A stretch of 45,046 nucleotides of DNA, from positions 1-45,046 of IMG/VR virus record IMGVR_UViG_3300020045_006900; one strand, 5' to 3'. Numbering within the stretch: the stretch's first letter is position 1; each line of letters begins with the position of its first letter. The notes beneath the pieces were generated by a model that saw only the letters and a list, made by a program, of their open reading frames with translations, had not been told where the DNA came from and made no database searches. Positions 16,532 through 25,924 of this stretch are shown here, piece by piece. This stretch comes from a virus. Taxonomy: Duplodnaviria > Caudoviricetes. Position numbers and translations under genes: made by a program.

Positions 16532-17634
16532 GCCTCCGTCTACCGCCCTCCAGTTCGCACCGCTGGTCGAATTGCGCCCTCTTTCTGTTCGCCTCGCAGG
16601 GATACCCCGAGCCGCCCGAGGGTGATGAAGCACGGGAAGGCACATGCGCCGCTTGGGTCGCACAGGTGGTCTTGACGGGTCATGCTGTCAACTGTGCCGC
16701 GCTGGTCGGTCGGAACCATACGAACGGCTGGCTGGTCAACGAAACCATGGCGGCAGACGTTCAGGAATACGTCAACACCGTTGCGAAACGGGGTGGCACG
16801 ACAACCTGTGAAAGTACCGTAACGCTTTCGCTTGAACCGTTTATTTCCGGCACGCTCGATCTATCCGCAACGATCGGCAACGTTCCGACCCTGTACGTCG
16901 ATGACCTGAAGTATGGTCGGAAGATCGTAGAGGTTCGCAAGAACACACAGTTGATCATCTATGCCGCCGCAGTTCTTCGGAAGTACGCACCCGGCACGTT
17001 CAATCTTGTGCAACTCGGCATCTATCAGCCGCGTGCGTTCCATCGTGACGGCATCTATCGCAAGTGGGTCATATCGGTTGCCGAGCTTGAAACCCGAGCC
17101 GCTGCGATAATTGAAGCCGGTCGGCGCGCTGTTCCTCCACCGGGCGACGATGGATCGTGGAAGCCGGAAGCGGCAACGCCTGGGGAATGGTGCGAATACT
17201 GCCCGATCGCGACCCGTTGCGAAGCACTTGCACAAACAAACTACGCACGGATTTCGCTTGTTCAGTCTCAATCACACCGAGACATGACCCCGCTGGAGAT
17301 GAGTCGGGAGCTTGATTTCCTAGAGGAAGCCGAAGCGACACTGAAAGCCCGTAAAAAGGCCGTCATCGCTGAAGGTGAGACGCGCGCCCGCAAGGAACGG
17401 ATCCCCGGATACGGCCTCGAAATGGGAACGGGTCAGAAGCGGTTCAACGTCGATCGCGCCGTTATCAAGATGATGACCGGAATCGATCCGGTCGAAGAGA
17501 AGATTTGCACCCCTGCCGAGCTGATCCGCCGTGGCGCGTCAAAGGACGCCGTCGCCGCTCTGTCGATCGTGCCGAACACGGGGATGAAGCTGGTCAAGGT
17601 GGATATTGCCGCCGCATTCGAGGGAAAATCATGA
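16528..17634 (+). CDS. Cas4-like PD-(D/E)XK exonuclease (DUF2800-like)
   Basis: [46 protein letters not shown]...C. Confidence 0.88.
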   Translation: MSLRLPPSSSHRWSNCALFLFASQGYPEPPEGDEAREGTCAAWVAQVVLTGHAVNCAALVGRNHTNGWLVNETMAADVQEYVNTVAKRGGTTTCESTVTLSLEPFISGTLDLSATIGNVPTLYVDDLKYGRKIVEVRKNTQLIIYAAAVLRKYAPGTFNLVQLGIYQPRAFHRDGIYRKWVISVAELETRAAAIIEAGRRAVPPPGDDGSWKPEAATPGEWCEYCPIATRCEALAQTNYARISLVQSQSHRDMTPLEMSRELDFLEEAEATLKARKKAVIAEGETRARKERIPGYGLEMGTGQKRFNVDRAVIKMMTGIDPVEEKICTPAELIRRGASKDAVAALSIVPNTGMKLVKVDIAAAFEGKS

Positions 17635-17957
17635 CGTTACAGATTCCTACTAGCGATGGGAAACCGCGCCCCAACCACGCCGAAGATGATGACACGGCAC
17701 ACGGCGTTGCACGCGACCAGTTGCGCGCGTTCGTGGAACGTATCGAGCGGTTGGAGGAAGAGAAAAAGACCATCACGGACGATATCAAAGATGTCTACGG
17801 CGAAGCCAAAGGCATGGGGTTCGATACGAAAATCCTCAAGAAAACAGTCGCCCTACGGAAGAAGGACGAACAAGAGCGGATGGAGGAACAGATGATCCTC
17901 GACACGTATCTTATCGCCTTGGGGATGGCACCCGAACAAGTTCTTAACGGAGAATAA
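17631..17957 (+). CDS. gapR: GapR (DUF2312) nucleoid-associated protein homolog
   Basis: [40 protein letters not shown]....LRKKD..ER.E...LDTYL.ALGM. Confidence 0.92.
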   Translation: MTLQIPTSDGKPRPNHAEDDDTAHGVARDQLRAFVERIERLEEEKKTITDDIKDVYGEAKGMGFDTKILKKTVALRKKDEQERMEEQMILDTYLIALGMAPEQVLNGE

Positions 17958-17962
17958 CAGCA

Positions 17963-18826
17963 ATGGCACAATCCCCCCTGATCAATTCACCGCTGATGCG
18001 TTTCGTATCGGGTGATATGGATAAATTCCGCACCGAAGATCACAAGAAACGCCCTATTCCGCTCGACAAACAGGGTACGGAATTCGGCCTTGCGATCGAA
18101 AAGAATAATCCCGGCCTTCCTGCTATGTTTCAGTCCATATGCGCGCACCTGTGGACGGAATGCAGCGCACAGCCTGGAATCCTCCAGAAAATCCAAAACC
18201 TCATGCAGTATTTTCCGCTGTATGTAACGTCTCACGCGCCCCAGGCGATGGACGGCTTTTCGTGGAAAATGTCGGACGGCGACAAGCCGAACCAAGAGGG
18301 ACAGGTCAGTGAACACACCCGTGGATGCTGGGTGTTTTATTTCAAATCCAAATTCCCGATTGCCTTCGGCAACGCGCAAAACGCCGAAATTCCCGTGACG
18401 GGTATCAAGCGTGGCGACTTTGTGGATATCGCGTTTCAATGCGCATGGAACGGTTTGACCGGCGCGGATGAAGCGGGCGTCTATCTGAACCCCAAAGTGG
18501 TCCGTCTCCAGTTCGAAGGCGATCCGATTGGTGGCGGTACGATGTCAGTTGCACAGGCATTCAGCGCACCCACGACCTATCAAATGCCAGCCGGTGCCAA
18601 GGTTCCGGGTGCTATGCCTGCCATGGCGGCAAATCCTATGGCGATGCCGGGGGGCGCACCGTTGCCGGTTGCTGGTCAAATGCCGGGTTTTCCTGCAGCC
18701 ACAGTGCCGCCGACCGGTGCACCCGCTGCCTTTCCGGCTGGGAACGCACCGTCACCGACTGGATTCCCTTCTAACATTCAGCCGCATCCGTCGTTCGCCA
18801 GTGGCCCCGGTTACCCCGGTACGTAA
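17963..18826 (+). CDS. ssDNA-binding protein (DUF2815-like) with low-complexity tail
   Basis: WKMSDGD, IKRGDFV, AGVYLNP motifs; lies between the exonuclease and the polymerase. Confidence 0.75.
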   Translation: MAQSPLINSPLMRFVSGDMDKFRTEDHKKRPIPLDKQGTEFGLAIEKNNPGLPAMFQSICAHLWTECSAQPGILQKIQNLMQYFPLYVTSHAPQAMDGFSWKMSDGDKPNQEGQVSEHTRGCWVFYFKSKFPIAFGNAQNAEIPVTGIKRGDFVDIAFQCAWNGLTGADEAGVYLNPKVVRLQFEGDPIGGGTMSVAQAFSAPTTYQMPAGAKVPGAMPAMAANPMAMPGGAPLPVAGQMPGFPAATVPPTGAPAAFPAGNAPSPTGFPSNIQPHPSFASGPGYPGT

Positions 18827-18835
18827 TAACATTAC

Positions 18836-18859
18836 ATGGGCGGTGTAACAGCCGCCCAT
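18836..18859 (+). other. stem-loop after SSB
   Basis: ATGGGCGG-TGTAACAG-CCGCCCAT. Confidence 0.55.
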
Positions 18860-18872
18860 CAAGGGGCGCGGG

Positions 18873-19163
18873 ATGTCATTTTGTTTCTATTGCAGGCGAT
18901 TCCTGAACAACCGACGCCAGATGAAACGCGGCGATCGGAACCGGGGCTTAGATTTCACCATCGACCATAAAATTCCGCTGTGTCGTGGTGGTCCAGACGA
19001 ACAGCCCAATAAAGTACCGTGCTGTTTCAGATGTAACAACCTCAAAGCCGACATGACATCGCATGAGTTTGACGCCTATGTGACGAAGTATGGCTTTGAA
19101 AACCAGCCACATTGGATCAAAGAACGGATGATGTATGAAACCGTCTACAGCCGGATCCGATAA
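18873..19163 (+). CDS. HNH endonuclease
   Basis: CFYC, TIDHKIPLCRGG....N.V.CC.RCNNLK. Confidence 0.88.
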   Translation: MSFCFYCRRFLNNRRQMKRGDRNRGLDFTIDHKIPLCRGGPDEQPNKVPCCFRCNNLKADMTSHEFDAYVTKYGFENQPHWIKERMMYETVYSRIR

Positions 19164-19362
19164 ACCCGCGAAACTTCCGCGCGGTCTCGACCTATATCAC
19201 CGGTCGGTGACACCACGTTTCGAACCGACCCGATGGCAGATTCGCACGGTTTCGCGCGGGCTTGTTGACACGGATTACGTTGCCAAGCTCACGATTGAGG
19301 GGCGTAATCTTTCACCCGACTGTATCGCAGCAGTGGATCGTCACGGATACCCCGCATCGTGA
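19135..19362 (+). CDS. hypothetical protein
   Basis: Fills the gap; GTGA overlap with the polymerase start. Confidence 0.45.
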   Translation: MKPSTAGSDKPAKLPRGLDLYHRSVTPRFEPTRWQIRTVSRGLVDTDYVAKLTIEGRNLSPDCIAAVDRHGYPAS

Positions 19363-21230
19363 CAGATTACATATACGATTGCGAATCCTACCCGAACGTC
19401 TTCACCTGCACCATCGAACATCCGACCCTCGATACCATGTGGATGTTCGAGGTTTCGGACCGGCGCAACGATAGTCGCGAATTAATGGCGTTCGTCTTCG
19501 CTGCCGCGAAAGCCGGTTGCCGGTTCGTCGGGTTCAACAACGTCGGCTATGACGCCCAGGTGCTTGAACATCTAATAGCCGTGTGGCGTCAGCTTGGCTA
19601 TTTCACAGCAGCTCATGCATACGAGAAAACCGAACAGATTATCAACCGTGCGTGGGGCGATCGTTTCACCGGGGCGGTTGCCGAGTGGGACATGACAGTT
19701 CCCCAGGTCGATTTATATTTGATCCACCATTTCGACAACAAAGCCAAGATGACCGGCTTGAAGCATATCGAATTCTGTATGCGGTCGGAAAACGTTGGTG
19801 ATTTACCCTTCCCTCCTGGCACGTTTTTGACGCCCGATCAGATTGATGAATTGTTACTGTATAACAAGCACGACGTTCGCGAGACAAAGAAGTTCTATAT
19901 CTCCAGTCTGGAGGCGATAAAGTTCCGTGACGAGCTTACCGCAACCACAGGTATGCAGTGTATCAACTTCAACGATACGAAAATCGGCAAAGAGTATTTC
20001 CGCATGAAGCTGGATGCCGTCACACCCGGCATTACCGGCACACGGAAGAACCCGGCTCGCACCGAGCGCCAGCAAATCGCGTTGAACGATGTGATCTTGC
20101 CGCTTATCCGTTTCGAATCCGAAGAATTCAACGGAGCGCTGGCATACCTGAAACGCACCATATTGACCAACACGAACAAACCGCCCGAGCTGGAAAATCT
20201 ATCGGTCACCTTCAACGGCTTCCAATACGATTTTGGCGCGGGTGGAATCCATGGTTCGTTGAAACGCCATATCATCCGTCCCGGTCCCGGCGAAAAGCTG
20301 ATCGATATCGACGTGAAATCGTTCTATCCGAGCTTTCCGATATCGTTCCGCGTCTATCCACAACACCTTTCTGAAATATTCTGTGACGTGAACCACGAGC
20401 TTTTCGACCGGCGCGCCGTGCTGGCGTCGTCTGTGGCTGAAAACCGCATCATCAAACTTGCGATCAATGGCGTCTATGGTGACACGAACAACGTTTACAG
20501 CAAGGGCTTCTATGATCCTCAGTATACAATGGCTGTCACGGTCAATTGTCAATTGCTGATCACAATGCTTGCCGAGCGGCTTTCGACGCGCGGCGGGTGT
20601 CGCTTGGTCCAGATCAACACGGACGGTATGACGTTGATCGTCCCCGACACGCACCACGGCGCGTTCCGCAGCCTGTGTGCCGAGTGGGAAGCGATGACCC
20701 GTATGAAGCTGGAGGATGTCGAATATTCTCAGATGATCATCCGTGACGTGAACAATTACATTGCGGTCGATGCGGCGGGCAAGGTTAAGAAGCGCAAGGG
20801 CGCGTACCAGTGGAAGACGGACAAGCCGACCAACCTGAATGAATCGCTCGTATGGCATCAAGACTGGAGCGCCGTCGTAGCGCCCATGGCCGCTGAAATG
20901 CAGATGGTCCACGGTATCAACGTTCGCGAATTCATCCACAATCACGATGACGCCTTTGATTTTATGCTGAAGGCAAAAGCCCCAGGCAAAGGTCACCTGG
21001 AGCTTGACGACGGTCTGAGGCTACAACGAACCACCCGATACCATATCGCGCGCCACGGCCCCGGAATGCGGGCGGTACACCCTCCCCTTGCCAAAGCACC
21101 GGACAAGATCCGCAACATCAGCATCCAAGCGGGTTATTCGGTCCAGATTTGTGACCACGTGCGGGACTTCGAACCCCGTAACCTGAATCATGACTGGTAC
21201 GTCAAAGAAGCCGAGAAATTAATCATCTAA
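19359..21230 (+). CDS. phage family-B-type DNA polymerase with 3'-5' exonuclease
   Basis: ExoI YDCESY, ExoII GFNN.GYD, ExoIII YNKHDV; motif A DIDVKSFYPS, B KLAINGVYG, C NTDG. Confidence 0.92.
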   Translation: MTDYIYDCESYPNVFTCTIEHPTLDTMWMFEVSDRRNDSRELMAFVFAAAKAGCRFVGFNNVGYDAQVLEHLIAVWRQLGYFTAAHAYEKTEQIINRAWGDRFTGAVAEWDMTVPQVDLYLIHHFDNKAKMTGLKHIEFCMRSENVGDLPFPPGTFLTPDQIDELLLYNKHDVRETKKFYISSLEAIKFRDELTATTGMQCINFNDTKIGKEYFRMKLDAVTPGITGTRKNPARTERQQIALNDVILPLIRFESEEFNGALAYLKRTILTNTNKPPELENLSVTFNGFQYDFGAGGIHGSLKRHIIRPGPGEKLIDIDVKSFYPSFPISFRVYPQHLSEIFCDVNHELFDRRAVLASSVAENRIIKLAINGVYGDTNNVYSKGFYDPQYTMAVTVNCQLLITMLAERLSTRGGCRLVQINTDGMTLIVPDTHHGAFRSLCAEWEAMTRMKLEDVEYSQMIIRDVNNYIAVDAAGKVKKRKGAYQWKTDKPTNLNESLVWHQDWSAVVAPMAAEMQMVHGINVREFIHNHDDAFDFMLKAKAPGKGHLELDDGLRLQRTTRYHIARHGPGMRAVHPPLAKAPDKIRNISIQAGYSVQICDHVRDFEPRNLNHDWYVKEAEKLII

Positions 21231-21295
21231 CACGTTTCACGATTGACACTCGGAATCCGCTCCCTCTAGGTTACGTCAAATCGCAGGGGGAAATC

Positions 21296-21625
21296 ATGAA
21301 ACGTCTTTTGATTGCTGTCGGCATCTTTGCCGCCCTAGCCGCATGCGCGAAGCCGCCCGAGCAAATCCAAGCCGTTGCGATCGATGATGCCGCGTATCAG
21401 AAAATGACGTGCGAGCATATTAAGAGACAGCAAGCCGCGTACCAGGGCGATTACGAATCTCTTGCCGGTCAGCAAAATAACGCCGCTGTGGGTGATGCGG
21501 TCGGAGTGCTGTTCCTAGGCGTTCCCGGCGCATCGTTGACCGGTGGCGACAAGGAAACACCTATAGCGGTCCTCAAGGGGAAAATGGAAGCGATTAACCG
21601 CGTCTCGAAACAGCGCGGCTGTTAA
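21296..21625 (+). CDS. lipoprotein (moron-like, possible superinfection exclusion)
   Basis: MKRLLIAVGIFAALAAC lipobox; own TTGACA at 21243-21248; GGGGG SD. Confidence 0.8.
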   Translation: MKRLLIAVGIFAALAACAKPPEQIQAVAIDDAAYQKMTCEHIKRQQAAYQGDYESLAGQQNNAAVGDAVGVLFLGVPGASLTGGDKETPIAVLKGKMEAINRVSKQRGC

Positions 21626-22137
21626 GGGCGGATGATCGGCGTGGGAAACCGTGTGCGGTCCGTCTTGCCTGTCGAATCGAGCATACGGCTATTGATCACT
21701 TCGACCCGCGTTGCCAGCTTGTTCAGGTTCTCAATCACAGTGTCGAGCTTTCCGCCGAAGGATTCAACGACCCGATCAATGCGGGCGTTCGTTTGCTTGA
21801 CCGCTTCTTTGTTCTCGGCTGATGCGTTGATGACGGCGGTGACCTGATACGACAACGGTGCAAACGTCGCGATCTGTGATTTCATTCCGTCCAATGTCGC
21901 TTGGTAGTCCCGCAAACGGTCCTTGCGGTCGTCACCTTCCTGTGTGAACCGGCTGTTGATGCCGGTCACTTGGTTCTGAAGGTCTTTCACGTCACGCGTC
22001 TGGTTGGTCCAGAGAACGGCGAAGATGACAATTTGAGCGGTGATCGACACGGCAGCGCCGCCAAGCATGACGACGGTGTTCAGATTCCACTTCAATGGGC
22101 CATCTTCACGCGTTATTGGCATTGCATCACCGGTCAT
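21622..22137 (-). CDS. single-TM coiled-coil protein
   Basis: N-terminal TM followed by heptad repeats. Confidence 0.75.
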   Translation of the reverse strand: MTGDAMPITREDGPLKWNLNTVVMLGGAAVSITAQIVIFAVLWTNQTRDVKDLQNQVTGINSRFTQEGDDRKDRLRDYQATLDGMKSQIATFAPLSYQVTAVINASAENKEAVKQTNARIDRVVESFGGKLDTVIENLNKLATRVEVINSRMLDSTGKTDRTRFPTPIIRP

Positions 22138-22228
22138 ATTTTAGGCCCCATGTTTCATGTCTTATATCAACGCGGGGCGGTGCGTAACAATAGTGAAATG
22201 CAATATGTAACAGTATTGTTCCGCCGTT

Positions 22229-22501
22229 TTATCGGGAACGTATCGGAAGGTCCACAAGGACTTCCATTTCCCGACCGTCTGACGTTACGATATGGTTCTT
22301 GACTGTAGCTGATATCCGAGCTTCGCCGCCGCTAAGCCACACCGTTGCGGATGTGGTGTCGTTGCTCTGACTGTCGATCACCCCCGGCCCTTTGACCACT
22401 GAAAATACGGATGAAGCGATGGTGTCGCCGTCCAGGCGGTCCGCCCAATCAACCTTGTAATCCAGCACTTCATCGGGATATTTGGCGGGCCAATAGAACA
22501 T
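22229..22501 (-). CDS. putative fibre adaptor protein
   Basis: K.PDEVLDYKVDW...L.GDTI.SS...TVWLSGG......NHIVT.DGR pattern of small phage fibre adaptors. Confidence 0.75.
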   Translation of the reverse strand: MFYWPAKYPDEVLDYKVDWADRLDGDTIASSVFSVVKGPGVIDSQSNDTTSATVWLSGGEARISATVKNHIVTSDGREMEVLVDLPIRSR

Positions 22502-23784
22502 TAGATCACTCGTATCGTGCGGTTTTCATATTCGACGGTGATGGTCCGATTTTCGTACCTGACAACCACAGTTCTAGCGAATGGTGTCACCGGGTCAACG
22601 AAATCAAGTCGTCCAATCGCGGTTAACGTATCATCATTTTCAACAATCGCAAGATTTGCAACGATCGTAACGCGGGATGAGCTGATTAAGATGTCATCAG
22701 CTTCGATCAACGCCGAGTTGGCTGTTATACGGAGTGCACCCGAGCTGGCAACTGTGTCGTTCGCTTCCGTGACAGCAGCGGTGCCAGATATTCGAAGGCT
22801 TGCCAGCGATGTCACGGTATCGTTCGCTTCCGTGACCGTGAGCGTCGCAGTAATGCCCGCGACCTGTCCAGCCCCACCGACAGCCGAAAGCGTGTCGTTT
22901 GCTTCCGTGACTGTCAGATTTGCCGTGATGCGGAGCGCGCCCGCGCTGGCAAGCGTGTCGTTCGCCTCTGAAATCGCAGCCGTACCGGATATTCTAAGGC
23001 TTGCCGTCGCGGTGACGGTATCGTTCGCTTCGCTAATCGAGGCGTTCGCGAGGATCTTAAGCGCCCCGTTGGAAGCAACTGTGTCGCTCGCTTCGGTTAT
23101 GTTCGCTGTTGCAGCGATGCGGAGCGCACCCGCGCCGCTGACCGTGTCGTCAGCTTCCGTTATGGCGGCGGTTGCCGTTATCCCGGTCGGGGCAGAAGCT
23201 GCAGCGATAATTTCAAACGTGAGCGACCGAAACCGAGAACCACCGGCTGAACCGCCGTTTTGCAATGACCATGACGAAACCCCGCCGTCCGTGTCAAATC
23301 CTGCCGCCTCTCGTGAGGTTCCCCCGCCCGGAGAAACGTTGTCTGTTCGAATAACCATCCCAGGCGGCGGGGTTTCGATTGGCTGATTTCCAATACGAAT
23401 ACCGGCGAACCCGTCAACCCATGACGTGCCGTCCGCAATAGTCATCGTCAAGGCGGGAAAAAGGATGGTAGCGATGTTGGTGGCTTGGGCTTGCCCGCCT
23501 ATAGGCGATGTCTGGTCCGTGCCACGGTATACGTGAATGTTTAGGGTTTCGGCATTAGACCATGTGCCTGTCACTTCTGACGAGGACGCCGCCAATTTCC
23601 AAGCAGCGGCGTGACCATTTGAGTTACCCGCACCGCTATTGATAGTCGTCCAACCTGCGGGGATTGTCGGTGTTACTGCGGAAGTCGCTCGATAAGCGAA
23701 CGCTATGAGCAGATCGCCCGCCGCATGAGCGGGGATCGTTGCGCTATCAACGCCGGTAGCTTGATCGATAAATGAAATTGCCAC
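22501..23784 (-). CDS. fibre rod protein: beta-rich N-domain plus nine 21-aa repeats
   Basis: Repeats of the I.ATA.ITEA.DTV...GALR type. Confidence 0.8.
   Translation of the reverse strand: MAISFIDQATGVDSATIPAHAAGDLLIAFAYRATSAVTPTIPAGWTTINSGAGNSNGHAAAWKLAASSSEVTGTWSNAETLNIHVYRGTDQTSPIGGQAQATNIATILFPALTMTIADGTSWVDGFAGIRIGNQPIETPPPGMVIRTDNVSPGGGTSREAAGFDTDGGVSSWSLQNGGSAGGSRFRSLTFEIIAAASAPTGITATAAITEADDTVSGAGALRIAATANITEASDTVASNGALKILANASISEANDTVTATASLRISGTAAISEANDTLASAGALRITANLTVTEANDTLSAVGGAGQVAGITATLTVTEANDTVTSLASLRISGTAAVTEANDTVASSGALRITANSALIEADDILISSSRVTIVANLAIVENDDTLTAIGRLDFVDPVTPFARTVVVRYENRTITVEYENRTIRVI
22603..23181 (-). repeat. nine tandem 63-bp (21-aa) coding repeats with one 4-aa insert
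   Basis: 193 codons = 9x21+4; E-x-x-D is invariant. Confidence 0.9.
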
Positions 23785-23794
23785 CGGTTAAACC

Positions 23795-24112
23795 TTAGTT
23801 CGGAACGTAATCAAACCATGCGGTGCCTGCGACGGCGCATTCCGCCGACAGATTGATGACTAGCGGCTGGTTCAGGCTGGTAACATACCAAGGCTGTGAA
23901 CCTTGATCCAAAACCAGTTCGTCACCGGGACCGAACGACATCGGACCGCTTAAAGGCGATTCCGGTCCGTCACTGAAGTACATTTCCACAGGTGCGGTAA
24001 ACGTCAGCAACAACCGATAGAGACGAACCTTTCGGTCCGCCTTGCCGGGGATGATTTCGTTGTCACCAACACTGTCGGATTCGAGATCAACAATCCGGTC
24101 TATGTATGCCAT
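23795..24112 (-). CDS. small beta-sandwich virion-type protein
   Basis: 105 aa, beta-rich, in the fibre cassette. Confidence 0.65.
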   Translation of the reverse strand: MAYIDRIVDLESDSVGDNEIIPGKADRKVRLYRLLLTFTAPVEMYFSDGPESPLSGPMSFGPGDELVLDQGSQPWYVTSLNQPLVINLSAECAVAGTAWFDYVPN

Positions 24113-24519
24113 TATGCGTTACCCGTTGTCAGTGTGAATGAGGAAACCGTGAAGCTTTGACCAGCGGTAAACGACACGCTGTCAACAATCATATCGCCAC
24201 CGCCGCCCGTTACCGTCACGCTTCCCTGCAGATGAGCCGTCGTCCCATCTGATGCGTAGATGCGAAAATGCGCAGCCGTTCCAGTTGCGTCGGCGGCTGT
24301 GTCTTCCCAAGTGCCTGACTTTGCCTTAGCTCCAGCGGACGCCGCCGCCATCCAATCGGCGGGCAGACTGACCGTTGCCAAGACTGTACCGCTGTCCGCC
24401 GTCCCGACGTTTGCGGGTTGCGCTCCGCTTCGAATTTTCAGAATCGCGCTCGCGCCTATCGCTGTTTCGACAGCGTCAAGTCGAGCGTTACGAACCGCGA
24501 CAGATTGTTGAAGAGTCAT
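24112..24519 (-). CDS. small structural fibre subunit
   Basis: RNARLDA..LKIRSG.QPA..GTVLAT..ATGTAAHFRI..QGSV..GGGDM..AGQ...VSSFTLT.GNA conserved phage protein pattern. Confidence 0.75.
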   Translation of the reverse strand: MTLQQSVAVRNARLDAVETAIGASAILKIRSGAQPANVGTADSGTVLATVSLPADWMAAASAGAKAKSGTWEDTAADATGTAAHFRIYASDGTTAHLQGSVTVTGGGGDMIVDSVSFTAGQSFTVSSFTLTTGNA

Positions 24520-24539
24520 GTTTCAATTTCCCGTTAAAG

Positions 24540-24830
24540 TTAACGCAACACCCGCGCGACGTTATCATAATTCTCTGCACAACGTAACACCCGGTCATTA
24601 GCTCGATTCGTTACGGCACGTTCTCTTTTCAACACAGACACCGGGTCGAAGCCTTTGATCAATGGTGCATGTGGTTCAACCACACGGCAGTCATCCGGCA
24701 AGGGCGGCATGTTCACACGAGCGGCGGCTGTACCGGCCTGGGTGGCCGATTCATTTAGGGTCGAGCAGGAACTTAATATCAGCGTCGTCAATACCATCAG
24801 AACGACCCTTGGCCTTCCGCAATGCCTCAT
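24540..24830 (-). CDS. o-spanin lipoprotein
   Basis: Signal peptide with LSSC lipobox, PPLPDDC; overlaps the i-spanin 3' end. Confidence 0.8.
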   Translation of the reverse strand: MRHCGRPRVVLMVLTTLILSSCSTLNESATQAGTAAARVNMPPLPDDCRVVEPHAPLIKGFDPVSVLKRERAVTNRANDRVLRCAENYDNVARVLR

Positions 24831-25116
24831 TTTCAAGGATCCGCTGTTCAAGGTCATTGGCTGTTGCTTCCTCTTTCGCGCGGACGTTCCGCAACTGGAC
24901 CTGATAAGCGTCGATGACGATCTGTCCGCCCTTCAACTGCCGCTCAAGTTCCGTAACCTTCGCTTCAGCCGACGTTGCCCGGTATTCATCGACCTTGCCT
25001 TTGACGGCGTCCGACCGTTCAAGCGGCACGACAATGACGTACATCAGCACAGCGGCGACACACGCCCCGATGCCGAGACGTAACAGACCAGATAAGCCAC
25101 CGATCAAGGTCCACAT
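24751..25116 (-). CDS. i-spanin
   Basis: N-terminal TM plus coiled coil, directly after the endolysin. Confidence 0.8.
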   Translation of the reverse strand: MWTLIGGLSGLLRLGIGACVAAVLMYVIVVPLERSDAVKGKVDEYRATSAEAKVTELERQLKGGQIVIDAYQVQLRNVRAKEEATANDLEQRILENEALRKAKGRSDGIDDADIKFLLDPK

Positions 25117-25701
25117 TCACAACCCCGTAACGCAAAGTTCCGCTTCGCCTATGCGGGTCGCATCGCCCATTTCACGGCGATTGACCAAGCCGATGTAGAC
25201 GCGACCGCCCGCTTTGTTGAATGCTGTTGCCGCTTCGCAGCTCGCACGATACTGACCGAGACGCCCCAGGCGCGCGGCGGTTGAATTGCAAGTCGCGCCG
25301 GTCCCTATGTTCCACCCGAGCGAAATCATCATGGCGCGCCAGCTAAGCGGTTTCTTTTCGAAATCCGCGATACATTTCACGAGCGGCGGTCGATAATCCC
25401 GTTCCATCTTGACCGTCAAACGCTTGTCACAGCCTGCGGGCGTTTCGACCATGCCGGGTTTGACGTTGGTCGTATCGCCGTCGCAGATGGTCCAGACTGG
25501 CTTGGTCGGGAGCGTGTCGAGGTACGCCTTTAGCGATCGGCCTTCCCACGGACCGACAAGCGTACGGATCGCCAACGCCGTGTCATCGTGAACCGCTGGT
25601 TGACCTGGGAACAGCGCGACCATACCCCCGACCGCCACAGCGACGATCGCGCCGATAGCTGTCTTTGCCCGTCCGCTGGTACGAATCTTATTTACCGGCA
25701 T
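25117..25701 (-). CDS. GH24 lysozyme, probable SAR endolysin
   Basis: Gly/Ala-rich N-terminal TM; WEG...YLD...WTICDGDT; WNIG; GLVNRR.E. Confidence 0.9.
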   Translation of the reverse strand: MPVNKIRTSGRAKTAIGAIVAVAVGGMVALFPGQPAVHDDTALAIRTLVGPWEGRSLKAYLDTLPTKPVWTICDGDTTNVKPGMVETPAGCDKRLTVKMERDYRPPLVKCIADFEKKPLSWRAMMISLGWNIGTGATCNSTAARLGRLGQYRASCEAATAFNKAGGRVYIGLVNRREMGDATRIGEAELCVTGL

Positions 25702-25924
25702 CGACGTTCCTTTGCTCAAGAATACGGGCAATCGGTGCCACGAGCAGCACGACGATTGACAGCCAGCGGGGAATCCATTCGTCCAGATACGGCACGATGT
25801 ATGGAAGTATTTCGAGCGCCCCGGCGAGGTAGATGCACCACACCGACCATGCGCGTTTTAGAACCTGCCGCCAATTCGGGATAAGTTGGATACAGGTCCC
25901 GCTGATCTTAGGTTTGTCAGTCAT
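25688..25924 (-). CDS. holin
   Basis: LIPNWRQVLKRAWSV...ARILEQ two-TM holin-like protein just upstream of the lysozyme. Confidence 0.8.
   Translation of the reverse strand: MTDKPKISGTCIQLIPNWRQVLKRAWSVWCIYLAGALEILPYIVPYLDEWIPRWLSIVVLLVAPIARILEQRNVDAGK

Noticed and set aside
16528-17634. CRISPR-Cas system suggested by the Cas4-like protein
   Set aside because: Stand-alone phage exonuclease in a replication operon; no array or other cas genes.
22603-23181. CRISPR-like or DGR-type repeat array
   Set aside because: The repeats are degenerate in-frame coding repeats without unique spacers, and there is no reverse transcriptase.
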